Below, piece by piece: positions 1 through 13,329 of a stretch of DNA of 64,000 nt. The stretch's first letter is position 1, and the number at the start of each line of letters is the position of its first letter. The stretch spans positions 6,138,580 through 6,202,579 of the forward strand of contig BFEA01000006.1 in the NCBI GenBank assembly GCA_003427395.1. The letters are read 5' to 3'. Under the pieces are notes generated by a model, which was not told the DNA's origin, did not search any database, and saw only the letters and a list, made by a program, of their open reading frames with translations. A program made the position numbers and the translations under genes. This DNA comes from Chara braunii (Eukaryota > Plantae > Charophyceae).

Positions 1-584
1 CCATACGATCATAGGTAATGCCAGAAATAGATTTATCCTACCTAAAATAAGGATGTGCGGCTCTAAAGCCTCATGATTCAGTGCCTATGTGGCTGGTAAG
101 GGTAGCTGGGTCAAGTGCGCGATGTGGTATGAGAAGGAAGGGGCAGTCCAACGGCCAGGCGTGACCGTCACTGGTTAGGGATACCAATTTGTATGCTGGG
201 AGAGCAGCGGGGCAAAAACTCGTCTTAGAGAAGAGCAACTCCTTCTACAGACGTAGAAGGAGCTAGCCCAATATGATATGATGTCGGAGTTTCACCCTGG
301 AGACTGAGGGATTGAGTTCGAAGCGCCCTACTATAGGTTAGTTCTTTTTTAACAGAAGCATATGGGAGTGGTTAATCTTAACTGCGCGATTGTTGAAATC
401 TCACAACTAAGATCAGCCACGCGAATTCAAAGTGGCCCCCGTGCAAGGATGACACACATGAATCGAGAAATGGTCCGAACTTTTTATGGGACCTGTATTT
501 CAACAGTTCGTCGGTGCGCCACGAGGGCGCATGAAACTGAAACGTTGTCAACTGCATTGGTTCTGCAGAGGGGCCTTTCTCGGC

Positions 585-850
585 CGCGTCATGCAGGATT
601 TTGCAGGATTTCGTCGCAGAGCATTGCCGCTCTGGTCGAGTGCGCCAACCATACCTCTCGCAAACCCCTACAACATGATAGAGTCACACGAGGTACAACT
701 TACCTCCACCCGTGAGAGTTGTAACCATCCCTTTGGTGGACGTATCCCCGCCGAGCTATCGAACCACATGCGGAGGCTTTCCGTATGCAATCACAAAGGT
801 AGCCCGACCGAGGGCGTTTCTCGTTCACTATAGCATAGGGGGTGTGCGAG
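585..850 (+). repeat. Structured dispersed repeat, copy 1 (diverged paralogue of 6270-6527)
   Basis: Shares blocks with 6270-6527 (GAGGTACAACTTACCTC, CGTATCCC.GC.GAG.TATCG, CCACATGCG.AGGCTTT, AGGTAG..CGACCGAGGG..TTTCTCG); several hairpins. Confidence 0.75.
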
Positions 851-1654
851 GTTAACGCCTGAATCAGAACCGTGCACAAATCGTCGCCCGAGGCGCTGAT
901 CTCTCAAACGCGACCCTACGTCGATCGACTAGGACGGTTAAATCTAACCACATGATACATCTCACGACTAGGATTTATACTAAGTCGGATATGAACTCAA
1001 GATAAACCGCGACAAAATTTTAACTAACTATTTAGATTTGTACAAATTTCGGCAACGCTTCCCGTAGAGAAAATACCTTTGCAAAATTTATAAAAAGTTA
1101 AATACAAATCACAAAGTAACTCTGACTTCACAAAGCTAAGTTTTGTATAACTCCTTGCTGTAGTAAAAATTTGGGCAGTATCTTCTTCAAAGAAGTAAAT
1201 TACCTAAATTTATACTAAGTCATATATAAACTCAGAAAAAAATCGAACTTTGTAAAAAACAAATGTGACTAACTCCTTGGATTTGCAGAAATTTTGGGCA
1301 GCATTTTTTTTAGCGAAAATATCTCTTCAAGATTTATACAAAGCCAATCATAAGAAATAAACTTATCTCATAAGGTGCTAAAATTTAATCTGAGTATGAA
1401 AAATAAACTTAGTTAAGAAAATGCAGAAATTGTGCTAACTCCTATAATTCCTGCACATGGCGAGCATCTAAAGCAACTACCTATCAAAGTTAAGGCTCAG
1501 AATAAATAGAGATATGTCTCAACCACATGCAAGTCCATACCACAATGACTAGATACTCTCACAAAAACCTCAAAAACCCTAAGTTATTTTCACCTAAGTA
1601 GTTCATCGTCTTTCAGTTAGATAAACCCCAATACCCTAGCTTGGTCTAAGAAAA

Positions 1655-2001
1655 GTTAAGCCAAACCGAAGCCATATCGCTTAACCTTTTGCCTTTGTAT
1701 ACACAAAATAAAGGGCAAAACTATTTTTCTCTTCATTAGGCAGTTAACTAGACCAAATCGAAGTCACATTGTCTAGTCTTGCTAAATGTTAAGTATCCAA
1801 GTTATAACAACCCTCTGAACCTCTTAATCTTTATAAGACTGAGGCTGAGCCAAACCGATGCCACATTGTTGAGTCCTCCTTTAGGTTACATTCTTTATAT
1901 TAACAATTAAATATTATCTTCATATTTTGTGATAAGTTATAATCAGACCAAACCGAAGCCGGATTGTCTGACTAACTTGTTTAATAAATAAATCATAAAT
2001 G

Positions 2002-2052
<51 letters not shown>

Positions 2053-2505
2053 CATATTCTTAGGTTTCTCGTTTCGTGCGCGAAGTCAGACTAAACTTAT
2101 CCGAGGACACATTGCTTAGTTTTCAGTTCAAACCTTGCGTCGAAAAAAACAAGTAGTTGGATCTGACCGAAGTCACATTACCCAACTCTTAAACCCTTTC
2201 AACAAACAAATCACCACAAGAACAACAACCAAACATGACAGAAGCCACATTGTCGAGTTGGAGTAAATAACATAACAACATAACATAGTTAGCTAAGTCA
2301 AACTAAATCCAGATTGCCTAGCTGCATAAATGACAATTTACAGGGGTACGATAATCAAACTTGACCGAAGTCACATGGTCTGTCGTCAAGAAGATACGAC
2401 AATACAACAACCAAGCCTGACCGAAGTCGTATTGTTTGAATGTAAAAAAAATAAACCATCAATATTACAACAACTACACCTGAACGAAGACACATTGCCT
2501 AGTTG
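1655..2505. repeat. Array of 11 stem-loops with a conserved 17-nt loop and variable stems/spacers
   Basis: Loop consensus C(A/T)(A/G)ACCGAAG(C/T)CACATT at 1662, 1754, 1851, 1949, 2097, 2163, 2235, 2299, 2361, 2417, 2480, each flanked by a different complementary stem. Confidence 0.85.
2005..2050. repeat. (TA)n microsatellite
   Basis: Direct reading. Confidence 0.98.
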
Positions 2506-2789
2506 CAGATGAAACATAAATAAAGAAATAAGACCTAATTAACGCAAGTAGAACCACCTTTCTCCCACCTTCCCCCAATTCATACCTCTTTGGTTTAAGT
2601 TTCAAGCAACAATGCAAAGTAAGATTCATACAGACCTTATTTTCATCTTATCTGACTAAAATTCAAAATGAAACAGTAAAACATAAGGTTGCATGCGTAT
2701 ATTTCAATCAGACTAGAGAGATGTACTCATAGAGGATTTGTGGGGTTACAAAAGGCAGAAAGACGTTTTACCTGACTCTTCCCTGCCTC

Positions 2790-4400
2790 AAGTACTCCTC
2801 CCGAGTTCTGACAAAGTTCCCCCAATCGGTGGGTGGACCTCCCACAAGGTTTTGCTGCGGTTTTGTGGTTTGTGATCCCACCTTCCACCTTCCTCTCCAA
2901 ACCTCAGACTAGACTTAGAGTAAGAATAGGGAAAAGGAGAAAGGTTAAACCCTTGAGATCCAAGAGAGGGACAACTCAACTCACGCGAGAGGACCCCTTC
3001 AATGCCCGAGGACCCCGCAATTGCAGCCAAAACGCAGTGACCACAATCCAAACTGTGGTCTAGGTGAAGTAAGGGCGACCCTTAGAAGACTTGGAAGTTA
3101 AAAGACCGCAATGGCTCTACCAAACTCGTATCAACTGCCGTCCAACTCGCAGCACGCCGATTGCCCTGACGAATCTGCAACTATGAAGCTTGAATAAAAC
3201 ACCTTCTCTGCCCCTCTGCGCTCGATTCTAAGAACAGGTGGAATGCAATCAATACGCCTCAATACTACGCCGCGACAAAGCTTATCCAATGTACAACAAC
3301 GTATAGCATCCGTGAACGACAAATATGGTCACCACTTCTATCCACTAGGCGAGCGGCCGACAACTCTCGTGAATAATAGATGCGCAAGCGCCAAGGGACC
3401 TAGCGATGAAGATGCATGTGGATTGCTTTGATAATGACGAAAGTCGGGATAGCAAAATCACATAAGCACTTTGACAACTAAGCCACTAACATAGTTGAGT
3501 AGCTACAGTTCAAACTGAAGACGATTGACAGACAACAGGTTGGTTGTTGTGCACACCGAACATTAGATTATAAGGATTCGCAGCCCAACAAAATTTTGTT
3601 TCAATAACTCAAAAATTAAACCTCAACTGGTCCGTCAACTCGGCACTGGCTTGAGTAGCCGACCCTGACATCACTGGTCTCGTTTGCTTTGTCGAGCTAA
3701 CTGGATGAAGCACCTCATCAACTACGACCGACCATGCCTTAACAGTCCATCATGATCGCCCCACCTTCTCTGCGAACACTTTTCTTCATAAGACATAACT
3801 ATTTTACTGTGGTCGCCGCTCATTTAGAACTCACATATGAAATTCAGCAGTTCATGTGTGCATCAGTTGAGCGGTCTGCCGATGTGCAATATGAAACGGA
3901 CCCTCCCACAAGAACACGGTGTAGGACCTCACCCTGTTAGACTTTCGAGCCTGAGTTCACCCATCTATGGTCCCAGCTGGCTCAACTTCGCCCACACTCA
4001 TGATCAGGGCGTGGAGGCATTCGTCACAAGGTCATCCTCACTTAGTGCTTTGATATGGATGGGGATAGACCATCGAGTGAGAGAGCTTTGACATTAGGGA
4101 TGTAGCTAAATTTTCTCACCAGGGGACAATTTTGTGAATCATTCGCAAGTGTCATTTTCTCGACACTTTGTCGTTTTCTCATGCAATTGTTCCTTCCAAT
4201 ACACAGGTAGTTAAGAGGCCCTTTGAAAACTCGTTCTTCTATTATGCGCAGGCCAACCGTCATTCTTGGGCCACACATTCATTCATTATAGCAACGGTCA
4301 TAGGGCTTCATTGAGGTAGGAGACGCCCCTCTTCCCTCTTAGCCGGTCTACGCATTAGCTCTCGTAGTCTCCCATATCATGCATCATGTTTGTTGCTTCC
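2790..4400 (-). mobile_element. Highly decayed Ty3/Gypsy pol (integrase-region) remnant, boundaries approximate
   Basis: Minus strand 3667-3641 translates QGRLLKPVP, like the Gypsy integrase GLLQPLP motif; surrounding frames are broken. Confidence 0.35.
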
Positions 4401-5107
4401 TTAAACGTTGCTTAGTTTTTTCGGGGTTCCCACTCGTCGACTCATAGGACTTGGCGGTCGTCTCGACCGTCTGACACTTTGGCACACTTCAACTATACAC
4501 GCCATCCTTTTTCCTTTTTTTCAGTACTCGAGGCTACATGCACAAAAGGTCTCATTCATAGGCAAAGGTTACGTTCACAACCGCTTAGCTTTTATCCCTC
4601 TTTCCTTTTTGCCGCCCGACATATCCGGGTTAAGTCAAACTCAAGAGATCTTAAAGTCGCTCACATGCACACTCAAGACAAGACACAAGCAAATACAGTC
4701 CCCATTTGGGATCAACACATAATCCCTCCTCCATTACTAATTCTCTTTATCCTTGCGTTCTCTTCCTGTCATTTTCTTTCTTTGTTCATGCCACTCTCTT
4801 TTCTTAGTCAAACTGTCGGGTTTCGGGTTGAGTCACCTAACCTCTCTTTTACTTTAACAATTCTCTCCAGCCCCTCTTGGACTTGTCAACCTTCAAACTC
4901 CTCAAACACTTTTCTTTCTTTTCTTCTTGGTGTCAAACGAGACCGACAACCCTCCCTTTGCCCTCTTCTTCCACCAAGTGAGATCAAGGTTCTTTCACCG
5001 TCTGTACCCTTGCAATGCAACAAGTGAGTGAAGGAAGGGTTAGTTGCCTGCCAAGAGGAAAGGGGAGAGAGGGTAAGGGTTGACCTTGAGCCTTGGAAGA
5101 GGAGGAT

Positions 5108-5290
<183 letters not shown>

Positions 5291-5379
5291 CCCCGTAAGC
5301 CTAACCCAACCTACCCTTTACTTGTCCTACCGTCATACCTATGAGTCCTTTAACGATTTGTTGCCTTATATGCCTTGGA

Positions 5380-6187
5380 CCATGGTATTGGGTGGATGGA
5401 GGAGGTGTAGGTGGAAGAAGGTGAGAAGGTGTTTGGCTATGGTGAATGGGTGAAGGAGGTGAAGGTGAAAGAAGATGTGAAGGTACTTGGCTGTGGCGGA
5501 AGGGTGAAGGAAGTGGAGGTGGATGAAGGTGTGAAGATACTTAACTATGGTGGGTGGGTGAAGGAGGTGGAGGTGGAAGCAGGTGTGAAGGTACTTGACT
5601 ATGGTGGGTGGGTGAAGGAGGTGGAGGTGAAAGAAGGTGTGAAGGTACTTGGCTATGGCGGATAGGTGAAGGAGGTAGAGGTGAAAGAAGGTGTGAAAGT
5701 ACTTGGCTATGGCGGATGGGTGAAGGAGGTGGAGGTGGAAGAAGGTGTGAAGGTACTTCGCCATGGTGGATGGGTGAAGGAGGTGGAGGTGATAGTAGGT
5801 GTGAAGTTACTTGGCTATGGTGGATGAGTGAAGGAAGTGGAGGTGAAAGAAGGTGTGAAGGTACTTGGCTATGGTGGATGGGTGAAGGAGGTGGAGGTGG
5901 AATAGGATGTGAAGGTACTTGGCGATGGTGGATGAGTGAAGGAGGTGGAGGTGTGAAGGTCATTAACTATGGTGGATGAGTGAAGGAGGTGGAGGTGGAA
6001 GAAGGTGTGAAGGTACTTGGCTATGGTGGATGAGTGAAGGAGGTGGAGGTGGAAGAAGGTGTGCAGGTACTTGGTTGTGGCGGATGAGTGAAGGAGGTGG
6101 AGGTGAAAAGTACGAAGGTACTTGAATATGGTGGATGGGTGAAGGAGGTGGGGGTGAAAGAAAGTATGAAGGTACTTGAATATGGTG
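5380..6187. repeat. 54-bp minisatellite, about 15 copies
   Basis: Unit GGTGGATGGGTGAAGGAGGTGGAGGTGGAAGAAGGTGTGAAGGTACTTGGCTAT; gives 18-aa periodic ORFs in several frames. Confidence 0.95.
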
Positions 6188-6269
6188 GTTCCTAAGCTTC
6201 CGGTCTTCATGTGCTCATGTTGTCGCGCGCGGCGGTTCCTCGCCCTGATGGGGAACGCTGAACCTCACG

Positions 6270-6527
6270 GTCGTGTCACGCAGGATGTTTTGTTTGAAAA
6301 GAATCAGTCACCACTCCGACCGTGCGCGCGTGCTATACCTCTCACGACGCCCTGCGATGTCGCGAGGTACAACTTACCTCTACCCAAGGTGCTGTCACCA
6401 CCCTTAGGTAGGCGTATCCCTGCTGAGTTATCGGCCCACATGCGAAGGCTTTTACATGCCTTTGTAGAGGTAGGTCGACCGAGGGGGTTTTCTCGATCGT
6501 TGTAGCATAACACGGGGTACGCGCGGA
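6270..6527 (+). repeat. Structured dispersed repeat, copy 2 (paralogue of 585-850)
   Basis: Shared blocks with copy 1; stems retained with different sequence. Confidence 0.75.
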
Positions 6528-7740
6528 AAGATGCCTATAACTGACCCGTTAGATATCCTGGTCGAACTTTTAGAAGACCTTTTATTTCCGCTTCTCCTTC
6601 CAAAACATATTATTCTTCTAATCACTGCAATTAAAGTACTTATCAAACAATTTCACTACCAAGGACACTTTATTTTACTTAACATATGACGGAACATCAG
6701 ATAGTATAAAAGTTATATAAGACTGATAATGAATATGAAGGTATTACCGTTGAGAACCCTTCCCACTTTCACAAGTGCAATGTGTCCAAGACTCTTCAAC
6801 AGATCAGGTCCAATTCAATCAAAACTCATGAACCAAACAGCAAAATAATGAAAAGATAATTCACATGTCATGTACTAACGACGTCAACCATCAATCCACA
6901 CCTCAGACATTGTCCCTCACTGCCTAAGCCATGTATGACAGCGCTATCTTTCCTGAGACCTAAGCCCTGCCCCCTCACATTTCTTCAAAGGACCCTTGAG
7001 AGTGACTAGGATCATTTAGGCAATGACCACAGGTGACAGTTTTACTGACGACAGGGTTTGACTTAGACGTGGGTATCAAGTCAAGGGGGAAAAGTTGAAT
7101 CAGCAACGACCGACCTGTTATCGAGTGATAACAGAAAATTGAGTCCTTTACGTAGGACTTCTCCTTCAATTGCAGTAGACCAAAACATAGACCTGCACAC
7201 GCACAGGTCAACAAGGATTTAACACCCCCACTCATTTTCTCACATATTGATATCTAAGGGTCAACCCCTTAGATCTGGTCTGTGAGTTTTTGGATCAACA
7301 TCCCAAAGTCTAATCCCTTAGTTTCTATCTACTCTAAGTCGTCCGTCACCTCTCCTCCTTTTGTTCAAGGAGTCTCTTGCCTATGTCCTAAGTTGTCTAG
7401 GGAAACTCTTATTTCCCTTACTTTCAATCCTTGCATTTTCTCTCATAAGGATAAGCACACCTTTTCTGGTGTTTTCGAGATAGTCTGGTCGAGATCAACT
7501 CATGCCAGTGGCGGTTTCTCCAATGAACTGAGGCTACACGGGGTGTCTTCTTTCGCTAATTCTTTTTACCCGCAGTATTCGCCTTCTTCTCTACTTCTTT
7601 TTAGAACATTCGGAGTCACTCCCGCTGAAGCACTCCCTTTCCCCTTCTTCTCTTCGTTCCACGAGAGTACTGAACCACTCTTCAAAGTCCATGCAGTCCT
7701 CAGGCAATCAAGCAATTCAAACAATCTTGTGCAATCGTCC

Positions 7741-8790
7741 GGATAACTCACAGAGGAGTATCTCTTTATTAGTTAAAACAGTTAGTTGAGAGGTTCTTGT
7801 GGAAGCATCTCAACACTCCTTCCAATGTCCACGAACATTCCAGATTCAGGTAGCAATACGAAATGCAAGTTAGTAATAGGTGATCTTCACGGAAGCCTCT
7901 TATTACTCCTTGATCAAAACCCAGCCTATCCTCAAAAAGTGTAATAGAGTAACCCTACGGGAGTCACTCTACTACTTTCTCCGATTCAGACGAGCCAGGA
8001 TTAAGTTAGTAACCTCATACAAACACCAGGTCCTCCCTTTGCTGGAGTATCTTATTGAACCTGTTAAGATAGAGTCAAGCAAGCAATAGGATGATCCCAC
8101 GGGAGCCTCCCATATCCTGCTTCAATGTTAAATAAATAGATAGTTAGTACTTATTTATATCATTCATCAGTCATACCCAAACAAAAAGTAAGGTTACTCA
8201 CCCGGGAATATCCCTCTACTGTTCAAACACAATCACCTCATTTCCTTCCCCCCGTTAGTTGATCCCCAGATCAAACAAGTATTAGGATAACCCTCCCGGG
8301 AGTTATTCTACTACCAGTTCGATGCGTAGGAGATCAGTCAAACAACTCTTGGTTGAGTCGTCCTGACCGTTCATCTACCTTGACTATGCGTCGTAAATGA
8401 GCAATAGGTATGCCGATTCCTACGGGAAGTCGGACAGACCGTCCCAGACTTGGGAGTTCGTGTACTCACACGGTGAATACTTTTTCAAATCTGGTCAGAT
8501 CATCGATAGGAGAGCCCCATGGGAGCCTCCTACTACCTTCGCTTTTATCAGTCATTGAAGATATGTACCCCACGGGAGTACCGGATTATCTCTTAGATCT
8601 AGCCTGCAAGTCAACAGAGAAGACGCACGACACATTTCTGTTACCAACGCCGAAATCAAACAGACATTTCATCAAATTGTCACTTTAGTCAGATGAATGA
8701 CAGGGTAACTTTGCACGGCGAGTACCCCGTCATCCATCTTAGTTAGCTCATGCAAGCAGTGTGACGACCCCCTGGGAGCCTCCATCACAT
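7741..8790. repeat. Array of ~12 stem-loops with conserved CCC(A/T)CGGGA-type loop
   Basis: e.g. TAGGATAAC-cctcccggga-GTTATTCTA (8283), CCGATT-cctacggga-AGTCGG (8413), GTAC-cccacggga-GTAC (8565), AGAGT-aaccctacgggagtc-ACTCT (7947). Confidence 0.7.
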
Positions 8791-11074
8791 GACTTTGTCT
8801 CTCAAACCCAAACAAACTAGGTTCCTTTTCGGTTCTCCTAGGTTCTTTCCTTTCATCCGGCAGAATTCTTACTTCAATCGTATACCCTTTTTCATTTCGA
8901 TACACTTTAGTCATGAAGAAAGTACAAACAGTATCTCACACACCCATACATGCAATCCAGTAGAAGGTTGTAGCTTGTATGGGTATACGGGAATGGAATA
9001 AAGATGCGTACCTTATGGTTCCCTGCCTCCAGAGTTCCTTTTGAACTTCGACAGAGCTCCCACAATCGCCCTGTTGTACTTGCCTGTTTAGTTATCCTTC
9101 TTCACAGAGTAGATTTTCAATGCAGAGAGATCATACCACTTCAAATAGTTGTGGAAACATAGGGAAATGAGGGGGTTAGAACACGGAAGAATGGGGAAGG
9201 ATGGAGGAGGTAGGCACTATCACACGGTGACAATGTCTCTCTCCTCTCCAGTGCCCCATACTTTTCATATTCTGATCCACTCCATTACCTTCAATAACAT
9301 TATGATAACAATGATAATGATTGTAATAATATTTTCCTGGACATATATGAGAAAAAAAAAAAGGAAATGAGGGGATTAGATCAAAGAGAGAACAAAGAAG
9401 GATGGAGATAGGCATTGTCACATGGTGACGATGTTTCTCTCTGGTACCTCATGCTTTCCCTCTACATCTGATCCGCCTCCTTACCCATGATGCTGACCAA
9501 TGAATGAAAGTAAATAACAATGACAACAACCATAAATTCGCATTTCAATAAATAATTTATCTTTTCACAAATTAAACGAAAAAGAAAACGTATGAGCCAC
9601 AAAGACCAGTCCATTCGCCCTCTTCGTCACCTTCCTTTCCCTTCTTCTTCTTTCTTCTCTGGCATACATGCACCCCTTTACTTTCGCCACACAGCCCTGG
9701 TCGCAGCAACCCACTCACTCTCCCGCATATGTGTCTCAAGGACCATGTGTGTGATTGATGCCCTGCCTGCCTACAAGACTGTGCAAGCGCATGCGTGTTA
9801 CACTGCATGCCTAACCATAGCCTGTTAACGTCTCGTTGTTTGGCTGTGACGTACGCCACTTAGTGCCCTTGCGTGGAGGTGGTGGGAACGTTGCATCCTA
9901 AGTGACCTGCGGCCCTTACTTATAATGTTGGCCTCACACCATGTCTATCCAGGACGCAACCATCCTTGTTTTCGAGCTCAGCTGCCTGCTGCAGTTGCTT
10001 TTTCAGGAAGCGCCCAGGATGAAGCTCAAGCTGAACTTGCAGCAACTGTCTGAGACCTACATCGGAAAATCCAAAGGTAGGGCCCTTCACGAATATTCAG
10101 GCCTGCCTTCACTTAGGGCGGATACGAGGCTAGTTGGGGCCACAAACTGCCGAATCAAAAAACAACATTAACAACGACAACAATAATAATAATAGTGATA
10201 ATAATAATAATAATGCGAGGAATATGATACACCGCAAATCATCTTGGTAATTCACGTAGATGACTAAGTGGTCATGTATGAGCATAGAGCACGAATGCAC
10301 TAAGAATTTACCCAACTAGAGCAATAAAAGAGTAATGAGTCATCATACAAACCCATTAGGCCATACCATTGTAGTATCAAAGTCGCCCTCTCTATCCGAC
10401 GTCCAACGCCTGTCCTACTCTAGTCGACTATCCTACCCATACCTGCGTTCATGCAACAGGCTCACTTTGACCCTCAAACACCAATGTTCACGATGTCAAC
10501 CTCCATAGCCGCCTCCCCTTTCGTGCCTCGTCTCCCCTCTCTTCCTTCCTTCTCACACTTTGTGTGTAAATGTCTCTCCTTCTCTGCGTCACAACGTGTT
10601 CTCTGTGTGTGAGTCTCACTGTTGTTTGTGTGAGCTACACCACTTGTGTATGTAACTGTTTTTGGGCCATTGCGCTGACCCGTGCTTCGGTTTTGCCTTC
10701 CCGTTTTTTTATGCGCACACCCACGACTAGGTGGCGAGGTGTACCCATGTCGAGTCAACAATACTCAGTCCCAATCTTACTCAATCCCGTTAGCAATTAT
10801 CGTGAACGACTGCGTGCGCCCAGGCTTGATGGAAAAGAAGGAAATCAGCAGTGGTCAAGAATATAGTCAAGAGGCAGCGGCCGACCATTCATTTTTTCTA
10901 CGCAAGCCATGTGGAAGTGTTGCATGAACGACTTTGTGCGAGGTGGTCCGCAGATGTGCCCGACTTCAAAGTGGGTTGAAGGAGACAGTTTAGTCACAGC
11001 GGCCATAGCCGTCATAGTTGTAGACGAGTATGGTGTGTACGTGAAGTAAGAAAGAGAGCAAGTTAGACAGGAAA

Positions 11075-11094
11075 TAATAATCATAATAATAATG

Positions 11095-11148
<54 letters not shown>

Positions 11149-11193
11149 GTATTAATAATAATAAAATAGTAATAATAATAATAATGATAATAA

Positions 11194-11250
<57 letters not shown>
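11075..11250. repeat. (AAT)n microsatellite (others near 10170-10213, 12337-12407, 13155-13213, 15198-15273)
   Basis: Direct reading. Confidence 0.97.
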
Positions 11251-11254
<4 letters not shown>

Positions 11255-12351
11255 CAATACTCCCAGCCTGAAATGGATTCCACCTCTCGCAGTAGTCGAT
11301 GTAGATCCCAGGGCTCGATCCGTAGTCACCACCTTTCTTGTGTACAGTATCTGTGTAGATCCTGAGAGTCGTACCCGCGGTTTGTGTATTTGTAACAATT
11401 GATAAGTTGTCATATGTTCGTAGGTAATAGGGGTTCAGTCAGTAACCTGTCGTCTGTAGATCTTAGCAGATCCTGGGAGTCGTAGCTGTAAGTCCTCTGA
11501 AGGGTCCAGGTTGCAGCTACTACAGCCCTGAAGTGTCAAGGTCACTGCTGCTACAGTCCTACGAGTCGAGGTCATTAGCTGTTACAGTGTCGAAGGGCCG
11601 AGCCCACAGATTTCTGGAAGGTCTGGAAGTGGCCCTTCAAATGCAGCTCTCAGCAGACCAGAGGCAAGTGAGCAAGTGGTGCAGTCCACCCTTGCTGAGT
11701 CAGCAGCATTCAGTCCCCGTCTCACTTTAGTCCAATCTGCAAGCATCACGTCAGACTGTGTGTACCGCGGGCTGATGGAAAGAGGCAGATCAACAAGATA
11801 CAAAAGTATAAATCAAGAGGCAGTGCCCAACCATTTTATTCCCGCGAAAACTATGCGGAAACGCTGCCTGAGCGACTGCGTCTGTCTCTTCTTGCATGTG
11901 TTTGCCCATTTGTTCGTGTCTGCTATGTCTGTACCAGACCCTGTTCTGTCAATGTATATTCCGTTTTACTGTATGTTTGTCTGTGTCCATGTGTCTGTGT
12001 GTTTGCTTGTCTATCAGCCTGTAATGATCTGTTTGTCTGTTTATGTTTTTTGTCTGTCTGTTTGGCTGTCTGTATGACCATCTGCTTTTTATCTGTTATT
12101 GTCCGTATTCGTCTGTCTGTCTTCTTTCTCTCTTTCTTGTTTTCCTTCTTCTTCTTCGTCCTCTATCTCTTCCCCCTCCCCTTCTTCTCTTTCTCCTCCC
12201 CCTCTCGCTTCCTTATTTTCCTTCTTTTTCCTTCCTCCCAACACCCGGTAAGGTATCGCTATTCATAGCCAATCTGGTCGTAATTGAGATACAGTGGGGC
12301 AGACGCATTTGCAGAAAAGACAAATGACAACAGATGATAATAATAATAGTA

Positions 12352-12407
<56 letters not shown>

Positions 12408-13154
12408 CAGGGTTACCGGCGTTCGGGACGGGCCGAACGCCCGAACCCGAACGCCCGAACGTACGGGACCCCTTCGAGAGGCGTTCGGCCGTTCGGGCCG
12501 AACGCGGACCAAAAAAAAAAAAAAAAAAAACGTTTTCAAAAAATTTCGAAAACCAACTATGTTATGGAGAAACATAAACTAAACAACATTTGCCTGGGCA
12601 CTACATCCAGATTCTTTACCAAATTTGAATTAAAAATCCGATACAGAAAATAAACACTATGATAAAAATAAGAAAAAATAGATAGAGAATTAAAATGAGT
12701 GAGTGTGCCAGCACCTTTTCGACACCGCCATCTTTGACGATTTTTAATTATTTTTTGGCATTGAAAAATACCCTGAAAATTTACAGATATGTAGATTGCA
12801 TAATCAATAACTCATTAAAAAATTTTCAAAAATAAATAAAATTGTTTTAGGCCCCGAAATAAAGTGAAAACAAAAAGTCAAAAGTGAAAAAAAGCAAAAT
12901 AGTGAGTGGGCGAGCACATTTTGACACCCCCATCTTTTACAATTTTTAATGTTTTTTTGGCTTAGCGGAATGGCTTCAAAATTTATAGGCGTGTAGGTTA
13001 CATCATAGAGAACTCACAAAAACAAATTCAGAAAAAAAACTTATTTTTACGCCACGAAATAGTTTTTGGCAGGGGCCGAACTTGGAGGTGTTCGGCCCCC
13101 GAATGCGACCCCAAACGCCCGAACGTTCGGGGGCCAGCCCGTCAGGTAACCCTG
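12408..13154. mobile_element. hAT-like MITE (747 bp) inserted in an (AAT)n tract
   Basis: TIRs CAGGGTTACC...GGTAACCCTG; ATAATAAT on both sides (compatible with an 8-bp TSD, but within a microsatellite); subterminal CCGAAC/GTTCGG repeats; internal direct repeat ~12695-12820 and ~12898-13020. Confidence 0.85.
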
Positions 13155-13165
13155 ATAATAATAAC

Positions 13166-13203
<38 letters not shown>

Positions 13204-13329
13204 TAACACAATAACACGACGACGAATGTATACAAGCTAGCTTTCTGGTCCGACGTGGTCATGTCGGGGCGGGTCATATTTCTGGGGTGATGGTGCCTCC
13301 CTTCCCCCTACCTGTTTCTTCACATAAGC

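Noticed and set aside
698-860. U1 snRNA (begins ACTTACCT)
   Set aside because: No U1 stem-loop I/II sequences or Sm site follow
1655-2505. CRISPR array
   Set aside because: Repeat-spacer look, but the repeats are degenerate, stems differ between units, spacing is irregular, there are no cas genes and the context is eukaryotic
11258-11794. Solo LTR
   Set aside because: LTR-like composition and a CA end, but no TG start or target-site duplication
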